A DNA stretch of 64,000 nt, taken from contig NC_043011.1 in assembly GCF_006345805.1 (NCBI RefSeq), positions 49,116,464-49,180,463 on the forward strand. Direction: 5' to 3'. Each line of letters opens with the position of its first letter. Within the stretch, counting starts at the first letter, position 1. The position numbers and the translations under genes are program-made. The notes under the pieces are model-generated. The model worked only from the letters and a program-made list of their open reading frames with translations, was not told the DNA's origin and did no database searches. Below are positions 11,935 to 24,720 of this stretch, piece by piece. Source of the stretch: Octopus sinensis (lineage: Eukaryota).

Positions 11935-13484
11935 ATTACTACTTTAACACCTGGCCATAAAAACAAAAAAATGACAAGTGTAATAGGTATAAAAAAAGTG
12001 TGTATTAAATATGAAACAAAAAATTTGTACCAGAGAGAGGGCTTTTAAAAATTTCCCAAATCCTATTTTTTCCCTCAAAACTTTTAGGAAAATGGATATC
12101 TTTTAACGAAATTTTATATAAATAACTTTCAAAGGAGATCTGCCAGTTTTGGGGCAGAAAACCACCAAAATGTGATAGGAGGGCGAGGAGTTGAAGTTGA
12201 GATTGATGAAATGGTTCTGGTCCATTGGAAATACAAACAGGGCAGGATTGTGAAAACAGTTTGGCTCTTTTGGTGGAATGGAATGGTTGACCAAGAATGC
12301 ATTTATGGTTCCACTGTCAAATGAAAGTGGCGAGGATGATAGATGGGATGCTGAGACTCTCATTCCACTCATTGCCTGCTACATCAGGCAGGGGTCAATA
12401 ATTCAATAATCTACAGTGCCTGTTGGTATGCCTACAATAACCTGAACAACCTGGGCTATACGCACTATCAGGGTAACCATAGTGAAAACTCTGTTGACCC
12501 CCCCCCCCTTAACCCATCTATTCACACGCAAAATATTGAACATTTCTGGGGAAGCCTCAAGAAGTGCATTATTTGACCTGAAATGAGGCCTGGCTACCTG
12601 AAGCAATGTGTTGCTCGGTTCCTTTTCATAAGGGTCACCTCACCACCAACCCAGCAACTTCACAAGTTTCTTTTGGAGGCTGCAAGATTACATCCAGGTT
12701 CCTGATGAGACAGAAGACAGTATACTGGTTCCTGATGTCGTTCACCAATAACTCTTTAACAGGGCATTGGCACATTTATTTATTCTGTAAAACATCCACT
12801 ACATGTCTTCTTACCCCCAACGGTGGAGATGTGTAAAAAACAACAACTAAATCACCCTTAACTTTTTTCCATAGTGAAACCATATTCAACACCCTATTTA
12901 TGAATTTGTTTTTCTCACCATAACACATGGGATCTTTTTTAAAACCTTTTTCTATTACTCAAACGAAAAATGAATTTATCTAAAAATCGTTTTTTCAAAC
13001 TTTTTCCCATTACACTCAAGCAAAAAATAATTTAGGAATTTTTCTCTTCAAAAGTCTACTCACCATTCCCTTGCAAAAAAATATTTTATCCATAAATTCC
13101 TTTATAATCTTAATCTATGCCATTTGAAAGGTATTTGTATAAAATTCATTAAAAGATATCCATTTTTCTAAAATTATGAGGGAAAAAATCGGATCGTGTA
13201 AATATACTGAAAGTCCTCTCCCCACCCTCTTGGAAAAAGATTTTCCCCACAAACTTATTTAAGATCGTAATCTATACCATTTGTAAGTTATTTATACAAA
13301 ATTTCATTAAAAGCTATCCATTTTCCCAAAAGTTAGGAAAAAAATTGAATCTAGGGAATTTTCTCCTCACTTCCTGGTTCGTTGGTGTAAATTTTTGCTT
13401 TAATATTCGTTTAATACACATTTTTTTACACCTATAACAGTTGTTCTTTTTCTGTTTTTGGTGGCTGGGTGTTAAAATAGTAAT
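11935..13484 (+). mobile_element. Merlin (IS1016/ISXO2-like) DNA transposon remnant with long TIRs
   Basis: 12190-12590 translates VEVEIDE..KYKQGRIVKTVWLFGGME..DAETLIPLI..CWYAYNNL..GYTHYQGNHSEN..IHTQNIEHFWGSLK; ATTACTACTTTAACACC... at 11935 is inverted at 13390-13484. Confidence 0.85.
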
Positions 13485-13768
13485 AGACGTAGGAGTGGCT
13501 GTGTGGTAAGAAGCTTGCTTACGAACCACATGGTTCCGGGTTCAGTCCCACTCCATGGCACCTTGGGCAAAGTGTCTTCTAGTATAGCCTCAGGCTGACC
13601 AAAGCCTTGTGAGTGGATTTGCCAGATGGAAACTGAAAGAAGCCCATCGTATATATGTATATATATATGTATGTGTGTATATGTTTGTGTCAGTGTTTGT
13701 CTCCCCAACATTATGTCCCCATAACTTAGTGGTTTGGCAAAAGAGACCGATAGAATAAGTACTAGGCT
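13485..13768 (+). mobile_element. SINE family A, 3'-truncated
   Basis: Head and CORE-like CACCTTGGGCAAAGTGTC. Confidence 0.85.
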
Positions 13769-13866
13769 GGAGCCATGTGCCATATGTCCCTACAAAATTC
13801 AAGCGCACAGCACAAATTAATTGCAAAGCAATTTTTTTTCCCCTCAACAGGTTCTCTTCTATTTAA

Positions 13867-14086
13867 CTCTTTTGATACCAACCCGGCTGAAAGCAGCTCT
13901 GGCTCTGAATACAAATGTCTTGTTTTCATAAGTTTTGAATTAAAATCTTCCACCAAACTTTAGCCACAATTTATGTTCCTAACACTAGCTGAGTGATAAC
14001 TAAGTTATTTTACTAAACTCTCTGTTATATTTAAAGTAATTGAAAGAAACACAGATTATCTCAAAATAAATACCGTAACAAAAGCG
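13867..14086. mobile_element. piggyBac-like MITE (TTAA flanks)
   Basis: TTAA-CTCTTTTGATAC...GTAACAAAAGCG-TTAA imperfect TIRs. Confidence 0.6.
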
Positions 14087-14558
14087 TTAACATTGCCCCA
14101 AAAGAAATCAAAGATTCAAAAGATTCCAGCACGTTCAAATAAATCCTGGACAAATTTCTTCAAGGCATACCAGATAAGCCACCTATACCTGGATACATAT
14201 CGGGTAGCAACAACACCCTACTTGAATGGGCCATGATACCACAAAACTTGTCTTAAAAATGACTTAACAGATTCTATCAGATGGTGCTATTAAGTTTAAT
14301 ATTACTTGGGACAAACTTTGGCTGAAAAATATTTGTTAGATAATGTAAATAACCTAAAAAAATTGTCCAGTTTTCTGTTTTTAAATGTAGTTTCTCTGCA
14401 ACAAATAATTTCTCACATTTATAAGAATTCTCCAGAATTATAAACTCTACAAATGTACTTTGGAGCAATGGAATATGCAAATATGCTTCCAGAGGACATA
14501 ACTTGCATTATAAACCTATCTTCATACTGTATACATATATGTACTTATACATACATAC

Positions 14559-14631
<73 letters not shown>

Positions 14632-15374
14632 TATTCATGCAAATGTATGCATTCATCATGTACCTATCATGTAACCATACACAAAGCGGAATTTATGGAT
14701 TTCCCGAAGTCAGCTGACAAAATTTTCTCTCTCTCTTTAATAGTGTTGTGAAAGGATGCATTGTTGTGACATGATTTCCATCATTGAGATAATTACAACC
14801 TAATTTCCTGTTAATAAATCTGTAATGGCAGCAGCAGCAGCAGCAGCAACAACAGCGGAGATGACAGGTGGAACATCAACACCAATACCACCACCACTAT
14901 CAGCAGAAACAGTTGAACTTGTACTAGATTTTCCAAACTTATATTATATACACACACACACAGATATAAATATATGTATATATAAAAATAAGTTTCTTTA
15001 TTGGCCACACAGGGCTGCACACAGATGGGACAAGTTACAAGGTAGAGCTTTTCTTTTGGGGGATGAAAAAAACAAAAAACAAAAGAAACAAAAAAAAAGG
15101 GGTGACGTAGGTTTTCGATCAAGAGGGATTGTAAAAGGGAAGAAAAGAACAAAAATAAATAAATAAAATAAAATAAAAAAGAAAAAAGAAAAATGAAAAA
15201 AAGAAAAGGAAAAGGAACAAAAGAAAAGAGAAATGGAAAAAGAAGAAAAAGGGAAAAAAAGGGGAAGAGGAAAAAAAAACGATCAATAAGGATCGTGTAT
15301 CACATATGTCGAGAATAATGGAATTTTGTTAAATCGTCGTTCAACTCCATTCTTTCAATTATTTGCATTAAAAA

Positions 15375-15417
<43 letters not shown>

Positions 15418-15504
15418 CACACACAGACACATACATTTATATACACTTACATATATATACATCTATATATATATATATACACACACACTTATGTACATAT
15501 AAAT

Positions 15505-15955
15505 GGTGGTTGTCAACTCCTTATGCATAGATTGATCACCTCCTGTACCTACACCTTAGAACCATCATGCCATCTGATGTGGATTTTTAAACCAGACAAT
15601 GTTCTGAAAAGACACCCACATAGATTGCATATCCGATTTGGACCACCAAGAACTGCAAATAAGTTCTGCTTTTTGTGGATCTTAAAATATCTTTTGAGGC
15701 CTCCATTAGATCTGCAAACCTTCTGGCATACATTGCATTCAAAGATATACACAGACTTATAGGCAGAATAGCTGGTGGAGGTTCATTTTCCATGGGTTTG
15801 CAAATGAAAGTTGAGCCCATCAAAAGAAATGCATGGTCTGTCATAAACTGTGCATACAAAAAAGTCACTGTGATTCACCTCGATCATAACATTCTTCCTT
15901 AAATCTCTTTTGAGTCTTGCATGCGTTATCCTGGCCTCTTCAAATGCTTTCATTC
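15505..15955 (-). mobile_element. RTE-like LINE 3' end with three C2H2-type zinc fingers (one in-frame stop)
   Basis: One frame: KAFEEARITHARLKR..CTVYDRPC..GLNFHLQTH..*..CNVCQKVCRSNGGLKRYFKIH..CNLCGCLFRTLSGLKIHIRWH..*. Confidence 0.6.
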
Positions 15956-16159
15956 ATTTATATATATATATCAGCTTGATCACCTTGACCGACCAGTCTG
16001 TCGGGCGTCCATTTGACACTGCTGGTCACAGCACACTGTCCACTCCTCTCTTCATGCCTTTCTCATCCACGTGATCCCAATCCAGAGTCTCAATGACTGA
16101 AACCGGTACTGAAATGTTTTTATAAAATTATTTTAGCATTTTTTACCTTGACTTTTTTT

Positions 16160-16197
<38 letters not shown>

Positions 16198-16261
16198 TAT
16201 ACACACACACATACTGAAATGTTTTTATAAAATTATTTTACCTTGACTTTTTTTCAATATG

Positions 16262-16293
<32 letters not shown>

Positions 16294-16382
16294 AGACTTG
16301 TTTAAGATAGACACGACTCCAAGGACACGATCACATTACACCATACCTCTGTAATTCTTACGTCTTTTTAGCTTGCATCTTA

Positions 16383-16463
16383 GCTACTGATGAGTAATTA
16401 CTGACGACTCAGATTTACTAATATGAATATTTCTGTCTTTCTGTAGGAAACAAATTGTACAGC
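16383..16463 (+). ncRNA. Hammerhead-like motif with long helix-II region
   Basis: gcta-CTGATGA-(~53 nt)-GAAA-CAAATTG-TA-cagc; helix II pairing unclear. Confidence 0.45.
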
Positions 16464-16739
16464 AACAGGAATAATAAAAACTATAATCCATTTTAACACC
16501 TAATCTCCCCCACTTACATAAATATGAACGAATTTGTTGAACTGTGCATAATAAGTTAAACCATATACTTAATATTTTTATATATAAGTTTTCATATCTA
16601 CGCTCATTTACACCAGTAAACTCAAAAAAAATATTTGAAGAAATAACATTAGAAAACTTTGAAAATTACTTCAGTTTAAAGGACGAACTCACATTCAACC
16701 TTTAAATGTACACTTATACACATATATATATATATATGT

Positions 16740-16788
<49 letters not shown>

Positions 16789-16988
16789 TATGAATATATA
16801 TGTATGTTTATTTGAAAATTATTATCTCTTCAAAACTTGGTCAGATGGCTCGATTCTCATAGAGTTGTTTAATGTTGTTGTTCTTTTTATATTTTCCAGT
16901 ATTACTATGAAGCAGAATTTTTCTTTTGTCACTCTTTTCTATTTATCGCATTCTCCCTCTTACTTTCACTCTCACACTTATATACGTA

Positions 16989-17037
<49 letters not shown>

Positions 17038-17317
17038 ATACATACATATACACATGCATACACAAATATATATGGAGAGAAATTTATATGTACATATAGT
17101 GTGTGTGCGTGTGTCTGGGTTAATATCATTCTCTATCTATACATGAATCAAATGGATCAAAAGTATTCCATACCATATTTGGAATTTTTATGAATTTCTT
17201 CTTGCTATACTCCATTGCAAATGGTCCATTATGAATGTATAAACAGAAATATGTGTGTGTATGTATATATATATACACATATATATATGTCTCTGTGTGT
17301 GTGTATATATATATGTC

Positions 17318-17357
<40 letters not shown>

Positions 17358-17715
17358 TAAAGACATTCAGACATACCCACATAAAAACAGATATCATTGG
17401 TACCGTTGTATATCAAGAGATAGACTGTGTGGATCTATACATTCTATAGAAGATTTTCAGTTCTTTTCATGTATTAATATATAGATTAATGTGTATGTAC
17501 ACGTGTGTATATGTGTGCTTTTGTGTTATGAAACATAGTTAATAGGGACCATTCAATATCTAAAGATATGCTATATGGATCTAAAAATTCTATGTGATAT
17601 TTTCAGTTTATATCACCATTATCTTTATAACAGTCCTACACATACCATATGCTGAGTGAATATTGAATGCATTTATAAGTTTATACATAAATATATGTAT
17701 AAGTGTGTGTGTATA

Positions 17716-17753
<38 letters not shown>

Positions 17754-17914
17754 GGGGTTTGTATGGTTGTGTATAGAGGGATATATATTATATATTATTC
17801 ATATATATTCATTTCATTTTACTATATATACTATATATACTATATATTCTATATCCTACATTAATATTATAAGAATATATATAAAACATATAAAACAGAG
17901 TTGGAATTCCTTTG

Positions 17915-17955
<41 letters not shown>

Positions 17956-18906
17956 CATATATATTATATATGAATATATATAGACAGAGAGAGAGAGAGC
18001 ACGAAAGGGTGGGGAGATATGTGTATGTATTTATATATATATGTATATATGTATGTATGTATATATAAAAATGCTTATAAAACGTCATTATGAGGTAAGC
18101 AGGAGACAAAGACATAAACATGATATTGAGAAGCATAAAAATGTGGTAGGATAAATCATAGAAACATATTATGAATCAATAACAATCAAAGAGTGAGTAC
18201 AATGAAAATATATAAGTGAAATGAAAATATATGGAAGAGGCGATCTAACGCTCTTGGTTATACACTTTCGTGTAGAGAAGTAAAAGGATTAAAAGAAGAA
18301 AGATAAAAAGAGAAAGGACAATACATAATTTCTGTTATATATATATATAAATGTATGTATGAATATACTTATATATGTATGTATATGCAAAGGGAAAAAG
18401 TGTGTGCTGATAAAAATTTCAGATCATATTAATAAAAAATGATTACTATAAATTTCATTAACATTGTTATCATCATCATAATCATCATAATCATCTTCAT
18501 TTTAAAATTTGATTTTCCTTGTATAGATGGGTCAGATAGAATTTTCCAAGGCTGGGTTCCAAGGCTGGCTGCCTTTCCTGTTACCAAACGTCATCTGTTT
18601 CCAGGCAAGATGATATTATCCCATAGCTGGACCCCATTCACAGATGATAAAGCAGTACGACACATGTATGACAGTGATACTTAGATACATCCATTGTAAG
18701 ATATGCATGCAAGGATCTGCAACCACAAACACACACCTATATACACGTACACACATACACACACATATATATATCAGCCGAAAATGTGAGGATGATCCGG
18801 TTCTTGACTGAAGATTAGAGGCTTCCAATGATCCGTCCGTGTTTTTTGTATCATCTATTTGAATGTTTTGTGTTCTTGTCTCATTTTGTATTTATACATA
18901 TATATA

Positions 18907-18967
<61 letters not shown>

Positions 18968-18983
18968 CATATATATATATATA

Positions 18984-19033
<50 letters not shown>

Positions 19034-19564
19034 ACACACACATATGGATGGCCATGCATGCACACACACACACACACACACACACATGTACACGTATATT
19101 ATATGAAACAGTTTGAATTGGTTCCATGTGACTTAAAGTTTCGCAGGGCTCAATAGAAACCCATCTGTTTCATGTATTAGATTAGGGATTCAGTAATGTA
19201 AAGCCTGCACATAGTTTGCCAGACTGGTGAAATGAATCATCTCTGAACCTGGTCAGGTACATGATGTTGACAAGCCATAAAATTGATGAAACATTGATGT
19301 CCATCACACCAAGATGAGATTGAGTGTGAATCATCTCACCTGTCCATGACTCTTAGGTGTTTTAACACCTGTTTCCTTGAGAGGGTGTTCTTCACCACAT
19401 GAATAGCAGCCTACTGGTAAATACATGGAGAATGTACATTAAATATACAAGGTGTCCCAAAAGTCACTGATGAGTTTCAGTTTTTAATAGCTTCCTTAAC
19501 TTTACAAATAAAGCATGAAATTTTAATCCAATATAAAAGACATAATGGAAATTGATATTCACAT

Positions 19565-19848
19565 GTGATCGTTACCAGCGTCGGCTTACTGGCACCTGTG
19601 CCAGTGGCATGTGTAAAAAGATTTGAGCGAGATCGTTGCCAGTACTGCCTGACTGGCCCCGTGCCGGTGGCATGTAAAAGCACCCACTACACTCTCGGAG
19701 TGGTTGGCGTTAGGGAGGGCATCCAGCTGTTGAAACTCTGCCAGATAAAGATTGGAGCCTGGTGCAGCCATCTGGCTCGCCAGCCCTCAGTCAAAATCGT
19801 CCAACCCATGCTAGCATGGAAAGCGAACGTTAAACGATGATGATGATG
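19565..19848 (+). mobile_element. RTE LINE 3'UTR end
   Basis: Two GTGCC-GGT-GGCAC-type units, GGGCATCCAGCTG, (GAT)n tail. Confidence 0.85.
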
Positions 19849-19849
19849 T

Positions 19850-20176
19850 CCAATTTTGTGATGTGGAAGCACTCCGTCGGTTACGACGATGAGGGTTCCG
19901 GTTGATCCGATCAACGGAACAGCCTGCTCGTGAAATTAACGTGTAAGTGGCTGAGCACTCCACAGACACGTGCACCCTTAACGTAGTTCTCGGGGATATT
20001 CAGCGTGACACAGAGAGTGACAAGGCCGGCCCTTTTAAATACAGGTACAACAGAAACAGGAAGTAAGAGTGAGAGAAAGTTGTGGTGAAAGAGTACAGCA
20101 GGGATCACCACCATCCCTGCCGGAGCCTCGTGGAGCTTTAGGTGTTTTCGCTCAATAAACACTCACAACGCCCGGT
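19850..20176 (-). mobile_element. SINE type C body with its own tail, tRNA head missing
   Basis: TTTATTGAGCGAAAACACCTAAAGCTCCACGAGGCTCCG shared with 34261-34560 and 54200-54368. Confidence 0.75.
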
Positions 20177-20619
20177 TATTTTGTGATACCACTGCATCAA
20201 TAATGAAAAATGACAGCCATTTTCTGCTTCGTACGTCAGTGCTCTTTCCAAAACTTACGCCATAGCACCGTCAAGAGTTCCTGTCTCCGCTTCATTGATT
20301 TCTCTATTGACATTCTCTTTCAGCTGCATCAGGGTCTCCTGTTTGTTAATGTAAACCCTCTCTTTCAGTTATCCATCACTGGGACCTTTATGCACCCGGC
20401 CATTCAAAGTAAACCTCACACATGGTTCCGGCAAGACGGGGCAACTCCTCATGCCACAAGAGAAACAATGCAATTGTTATGGTAGTGCTTTGGAGAGAAA
20501 ATAATCTCCTGCTCCAGCAATGTCAATGGGCCTTCACATCACATTCCCCAGACTTCACTAGTCCAGATATCTCCTTGTGGAGATCACCTGTATGTTGTTG
20601 ATAATATATATATATATAT

Positions 20620-20910
20620 TTCGTTTTGGGAGTTGGTTTGCAAGATTCTTTATATGAGTTCGTGTGTTGAAGCATATTCTGTTGTGTCTGGGGAGAGAGT
20701 CATTTTCTTTTTGTGCCATATAATGTAACACACTCACTGGTAAAATTTCCACTTATTTCTTATTTTTTTACTTTCCTATAATTTTCGTTGCATCTTGCAA
20801 CCTTTTCAATAAACTTTTAGGAAAGTAAAAATAAGAATAAGTGGAAATTTTACCAGTGGGTGTGTTACATTATAGGCACAAAAAGAAAATGACCTCCCCA
20901 GACACAACAG
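20620..20910. mobile_element. Inverted pair of PLE-like short elements (family H2) between (AT)n tracts
   Basis: Arms 20679-20778 / 20818-20910; single degenerate copy at 58890-59095. Confidence 0.7.
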
Positions 20911-20917
20911 TATCTAT

Positions 20918-20999
<82 letters not shown>

Positions 21000-21087
21000 G
21001 GAGTAAACACATAAATGTGAAACAAGGTGGAAAAAAGAGTACTCAAATACCAGTGGTAGAGTAATATCGGTTCTATTCTAGCAAAAA

Positions 21088-21125
21088 CTGTCCAATGAAC
21101 GGCAACGTGAAACTCAGAGTAACAG
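21088..21125 (+). ncRNA. Minimal hammerhead-like motif (H3)
   Basis: ctgt-CCAATGA-ACG gcaa CGT-GAAA-CTC a GAG-TA-acag; core differs from CUGAUGA at two positions. Confidence 0.6.
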
Positions 21126-21186
21126 GTTTTGTTGAATTTTCTGCTGCTTTAAATAAAGTATATATATATATATAGATAGATATATA

Positions 21187-21646
21187 CACTGGCAAAAATA
21201 ATTTTAAGTTCTATTTCTTACAAGATATTTTGTTACTAACACCATACAAATTATTTTTTGCTGGTAGAGTAATATGATTTTTGCTCTCATGACTGGACTG
21301 AGACTACGTTGTTTTACCATTATTAATCAATTGTATTATAACGATAAATTATAACACTATATAGTGCAGTTAGGCTAGTTGTGTGACTACCCATTTTGGC
21401 AAAAAAATTTGCATACATATTGCATGGTCTTAAACTAATTTTGCCGGTAAATTTGAAACATTTATATTGATTTAGCATTAGAATTCTTCAAGTTGTATAA
21501 AAATAGTTATTGTAAGCATAATTTGAAAGAGAAATAAATTCTGCATAAGGTGTAAAAGATGAAGATAATTTGTATGGTGTTAGTAACAAAATATTTTGTA
21601 AAAAATAGAACTTTTATCATCGGTCTTAAATTTATTTTTGCCAGTG
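21187..21646. mobile_element. Tc1-like MITE with ~75-bp imperfect TIRs
   Basis: TA-CACTGGCAAAAATAA...TTATTTTTGCCAGTG; ATATTTTGTTACTAACACCATACAAATTAT is inverted at 21565-21595. Confidence 0.75.
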
Positions 21647-21687
21647 TGTGTGTGTATACATATATAAAACAATGTGTGTGTATATCT

Positions 21688-21908
21688 AAAGGCAGTGAAC
21701 TGGCAGAAACATTAGCACACTGGGTGAAATGTTTAGCAGTATTTTGTCTGTTTTTAGGTTCTGAGTTCAAATTCTGCTGAGGTCAACTTTGCCTTTCATC
21801 ATTTAAGGGTTGATAAATTAAGAACCAGTTGCATACTGGGGGTCAATGTAATTGACTGGCCCCTAACCTCCCCAAAAATTTCGGGCCTTGTGCCTAGAGT
21901 AGAAAAGA
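21688..21908 (+). mobile_element. SINE family B, full length
   Basis: AAGGCAGTGAACTGGCAGAA...GAGTTCAAATTC...GGCCTTGTGCCTAGAGTAGAAA. Confidence 0.8.
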
Positions 21909-21984
21909 ATATGTGTGTATATGCATATATATCTAGCTATCTGTATAAATATATATAGAAAGAGAGATGTATATATGTATATGG

Positions 21985-22305
21985 TCTCTTTTACTCTTTT
22001 ACTTGTTTCAGACATTTCACTGTGGCCATGCTGGAACACCACCTTTAGTCGAGCAAATCGACCCCAGGACTTATTCTTTGTAAGCCTAGTACTTACTCTA
22101 TCAGTCTCTTTTACCGAACCGCTAAGTTATGGTGATGTAAACACACCAGCATCAGTTGTCAAGTGATGTTGTGGTGACAAACACAGACACACAAACATAC
22201 ACACATACATACACATATACATATATACGATGGGCTTCTTTCAGTTTCTGTCTACCAAATCCACTCACAAGGCTTTGGTTGGCCCGAGGCTATAGTAGAA
22301 GACAC
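21985..22305 (-). mobile_element. SINE family A, head missing
   Basis: Homology to 6423-6840. Confidence 0.85.
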
Positions 22306-22919
22306 ATGGTATACACTATATTTATATATCTACGTGAATATATAGAGATAAATTTTCGCTACAGTCTTTCTTGTTCCCCGACACAATATTTTCCTCTTCC
22401 TACACCCTATCTGACAACAACAACAACAACAACAACAGCAGCAGCAGCAACTAAAACAACCACAACAACAGTCAAAGGGGATAAAGCAAAACAAAAAAAA
22501 ATTTTAAAAAACAAAAACAAAAACAAAAACAGAACACTTTGATGAAGGTTGAGTGCAAAGCTAATTCCACCACCACAAGAAACCGATCGATAAGATGAAG
22601 TTTTGATGAAACGAAGAACAGAGATACTTGTAATGTCTTTTATTCATTTTCCTCCTACCCACCCACCCACCCACTCACCCGCACACTTTTGGTTTACATT
22701 CTTTACAATTTCAATCTACTTATATTTCTAACATCCTGGAAGTGATTGTTCTGTAATTATTTGATATATATTGATTTCTACAATTGAAGAGAGCTCAACG
22801 CCCTCTAATTCTCAATTCCACCATTTCCAACGGATGAAACGTGAACAGAGAAAATGGTAAAAATGGACTGGTTTTTGATTTTGTTTATTTTTTTTTTCAT
22901 TGTTTTTGATATGCATTTG

Positions 22920-23070
22920 TGATTTTACTGTTGTTGTTGTTATTGTTGTTGTTTTATCAACGTTGTTGTATTGTTTTATTATTGTTGATGTTATCCTCCT
23001 CCTCATCATCATCTTCATCATCATTCCCATCATCATCATTACCATGTCATTATTATTATTACTATTATTA

Positions 23071-23107
<37 letters not shown>

Positions 23108-23654
23108 CATCATCCTTATTGTTATTATTATCATTATTATCATCATCATTATTATCATTATTATTGTTATCATTATTATCAATATTATTATTATCATTAT
23201 TATTATTATCATTATTATCAATATTATTATTATTATCATTATTATTATCATTATTATCATTATTATTATTATCATTATTATCATCGTGATCATCACTGTT
23301 ATTATCATTATTATTATTATTATTATTATCATCCTTATTGTTATTATTATCATTATTATCATCATCATTATTATCATTATTATTGTTATCATTATTATCA
23401 ATATTATTATTATCATTATTATTATTATCATTATTATCAATATTATTATTATTATCATTATTATTATCATTATTATCATTATTATTATTATCATTATTAT
23501 CATCGTCATCATCACTGTTATTATTATTATTATTATTATTATCATTATAATTATTATCATCATCATCATCATCCTTATTGTTGTTATTATTATTATCATT
23601 ATTATCATCATCATCATCATTATTATTATTCCATTATTATCATCATCATCATCA

Positions 23655-23688
<34 letters not shown>

Positions 23689-23712
23689 CAATATCATTAT
23701 TATTATTATTAC
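22920..23712. repeat. (ATT)/(ATC) microsatellite with 219-bp higher-order duplication
   Basis: Marker variants CATCCTTATTG at 23111/23330 and CATCGT at 23282/23501. Confidence 0.9.
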
Positions 23713-24039
23713 TTTTGAGTGAGAACATTAGAAAAGTCATGTGATTACACCCACAATCTCTCACTATTTTGTTTTTGCTTCTATATTTCAATCTTTTTCT
23801 TTCTTCGGTTTTTTTTCCTTTTAAGAAATTGCACTCTGTTATGACATATTTCAATAAGATGGTGTCTCTAAAATGAAATAGCTTCCGTCAAAAATTCACC
23901 CATCTAATCTGAGATGTAAAGTTCTTCACCTCTTTTTTTGCACATAGAATGTTATAGTGTGTGTGTTATGTTCATAATGGTAATCACACTCAGAAATTGG
24001 GCCATTGTGTGTGTGCATGTGTATGGGATAGCTAGCTAT

Positions 24040-24045
24040 AGGTAA

Positions 24046-24082
<37 letters not shown>

Positions 24083-24097
24083 TAAAGAAAGACAGAC

Positions 24098-24161
<64 letters not shown>

Positions 24162-24183
24162 GGATAGATAGATAGACAGACAG

Positions 24184-24214
<31 letters not shown>

Positions 24215-24316
24215 CAGAGAGAGATAAATGGATAAAGAGAGAAAAAGAGATAGATAAATAGTAAGACAGACAGATACACAGACAGATAGATAGACTGATA
24301 GATAGATAGATAGATG

Positions 24317-24350
<34 letters not shown>

Positions 24351-24371
24351 GGGATAGATAGACAGACAGAC

Positions 24372-24440
<69 letters not shown>

Positions 24441-24565
24441 AAAGGATAGAGAGAGAGAGAGAGAGAGAGCGGGAGAGAGATAAAAGGATAGAGAGAGAAA
24501 AAGAGATAGATAAATAGTAAGACAGACAGACAGATACACAGACAGGCTGATAGATAGATAGATAA

Positions 24566-24618
<53 letters not shown>

Positions 24619-24720
24619 AAGGCAGAGAGAAAGAGAGAGGTAGGTAGGTAGATAGACAGATGGACAGACAGAGAAACAGACAGTGAAAGCGTGAAAGAGA
24701 GAGACAGATAGACAGAGGCA
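24040..24720. repeat. (AG)/(GATA)/(GACA) compound microsatellite
   Basis: Direct inspection; GAAAAAGAGATAGATAAATAGTAAGACAGAC duplicated at ~24240 and ~24497. Confidence 0.9.

Larger units (their letters stand above)
19446..20590 (-). mobile_element. Tc1/mariner-superfamily transposase remnant with nested insertions and an internal inversion
   Basis: TIR-like TACAAGGTGTCCCAAAAGTC at 19446; minus 20215-20370 LKERVYINKQETLMQLKENVNREI..NGCHF; plus 20420-20580 WFRQDGATPH..SPD..LW. Confidence 0.7.

Noticed and set aside
12190-12600. Bacterial IS1595 insertion or contamination
   Set aside because: Decayed, embedded among host SINEs, and better explained as a eukaryotic Merlin element.
14825-15166. 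ORF MAAAAAAATTAEMTGG...
   Set aside because: Starts in a (GCA)n tract and runs into microsatellite and a LINE tail; no domain or splice support.
18805-18845. CTGAAGA-TTAG..CCAAT hammerhead-like start before an (AT)n-anchored tail
   Set aside because: GAAA and helix III are missing; too degenerate to call.
22900-23854. 267-271 aa poly-Y/H/I ORFs
   Set aside because: (ATT)/(ATC) repeat artefacts.
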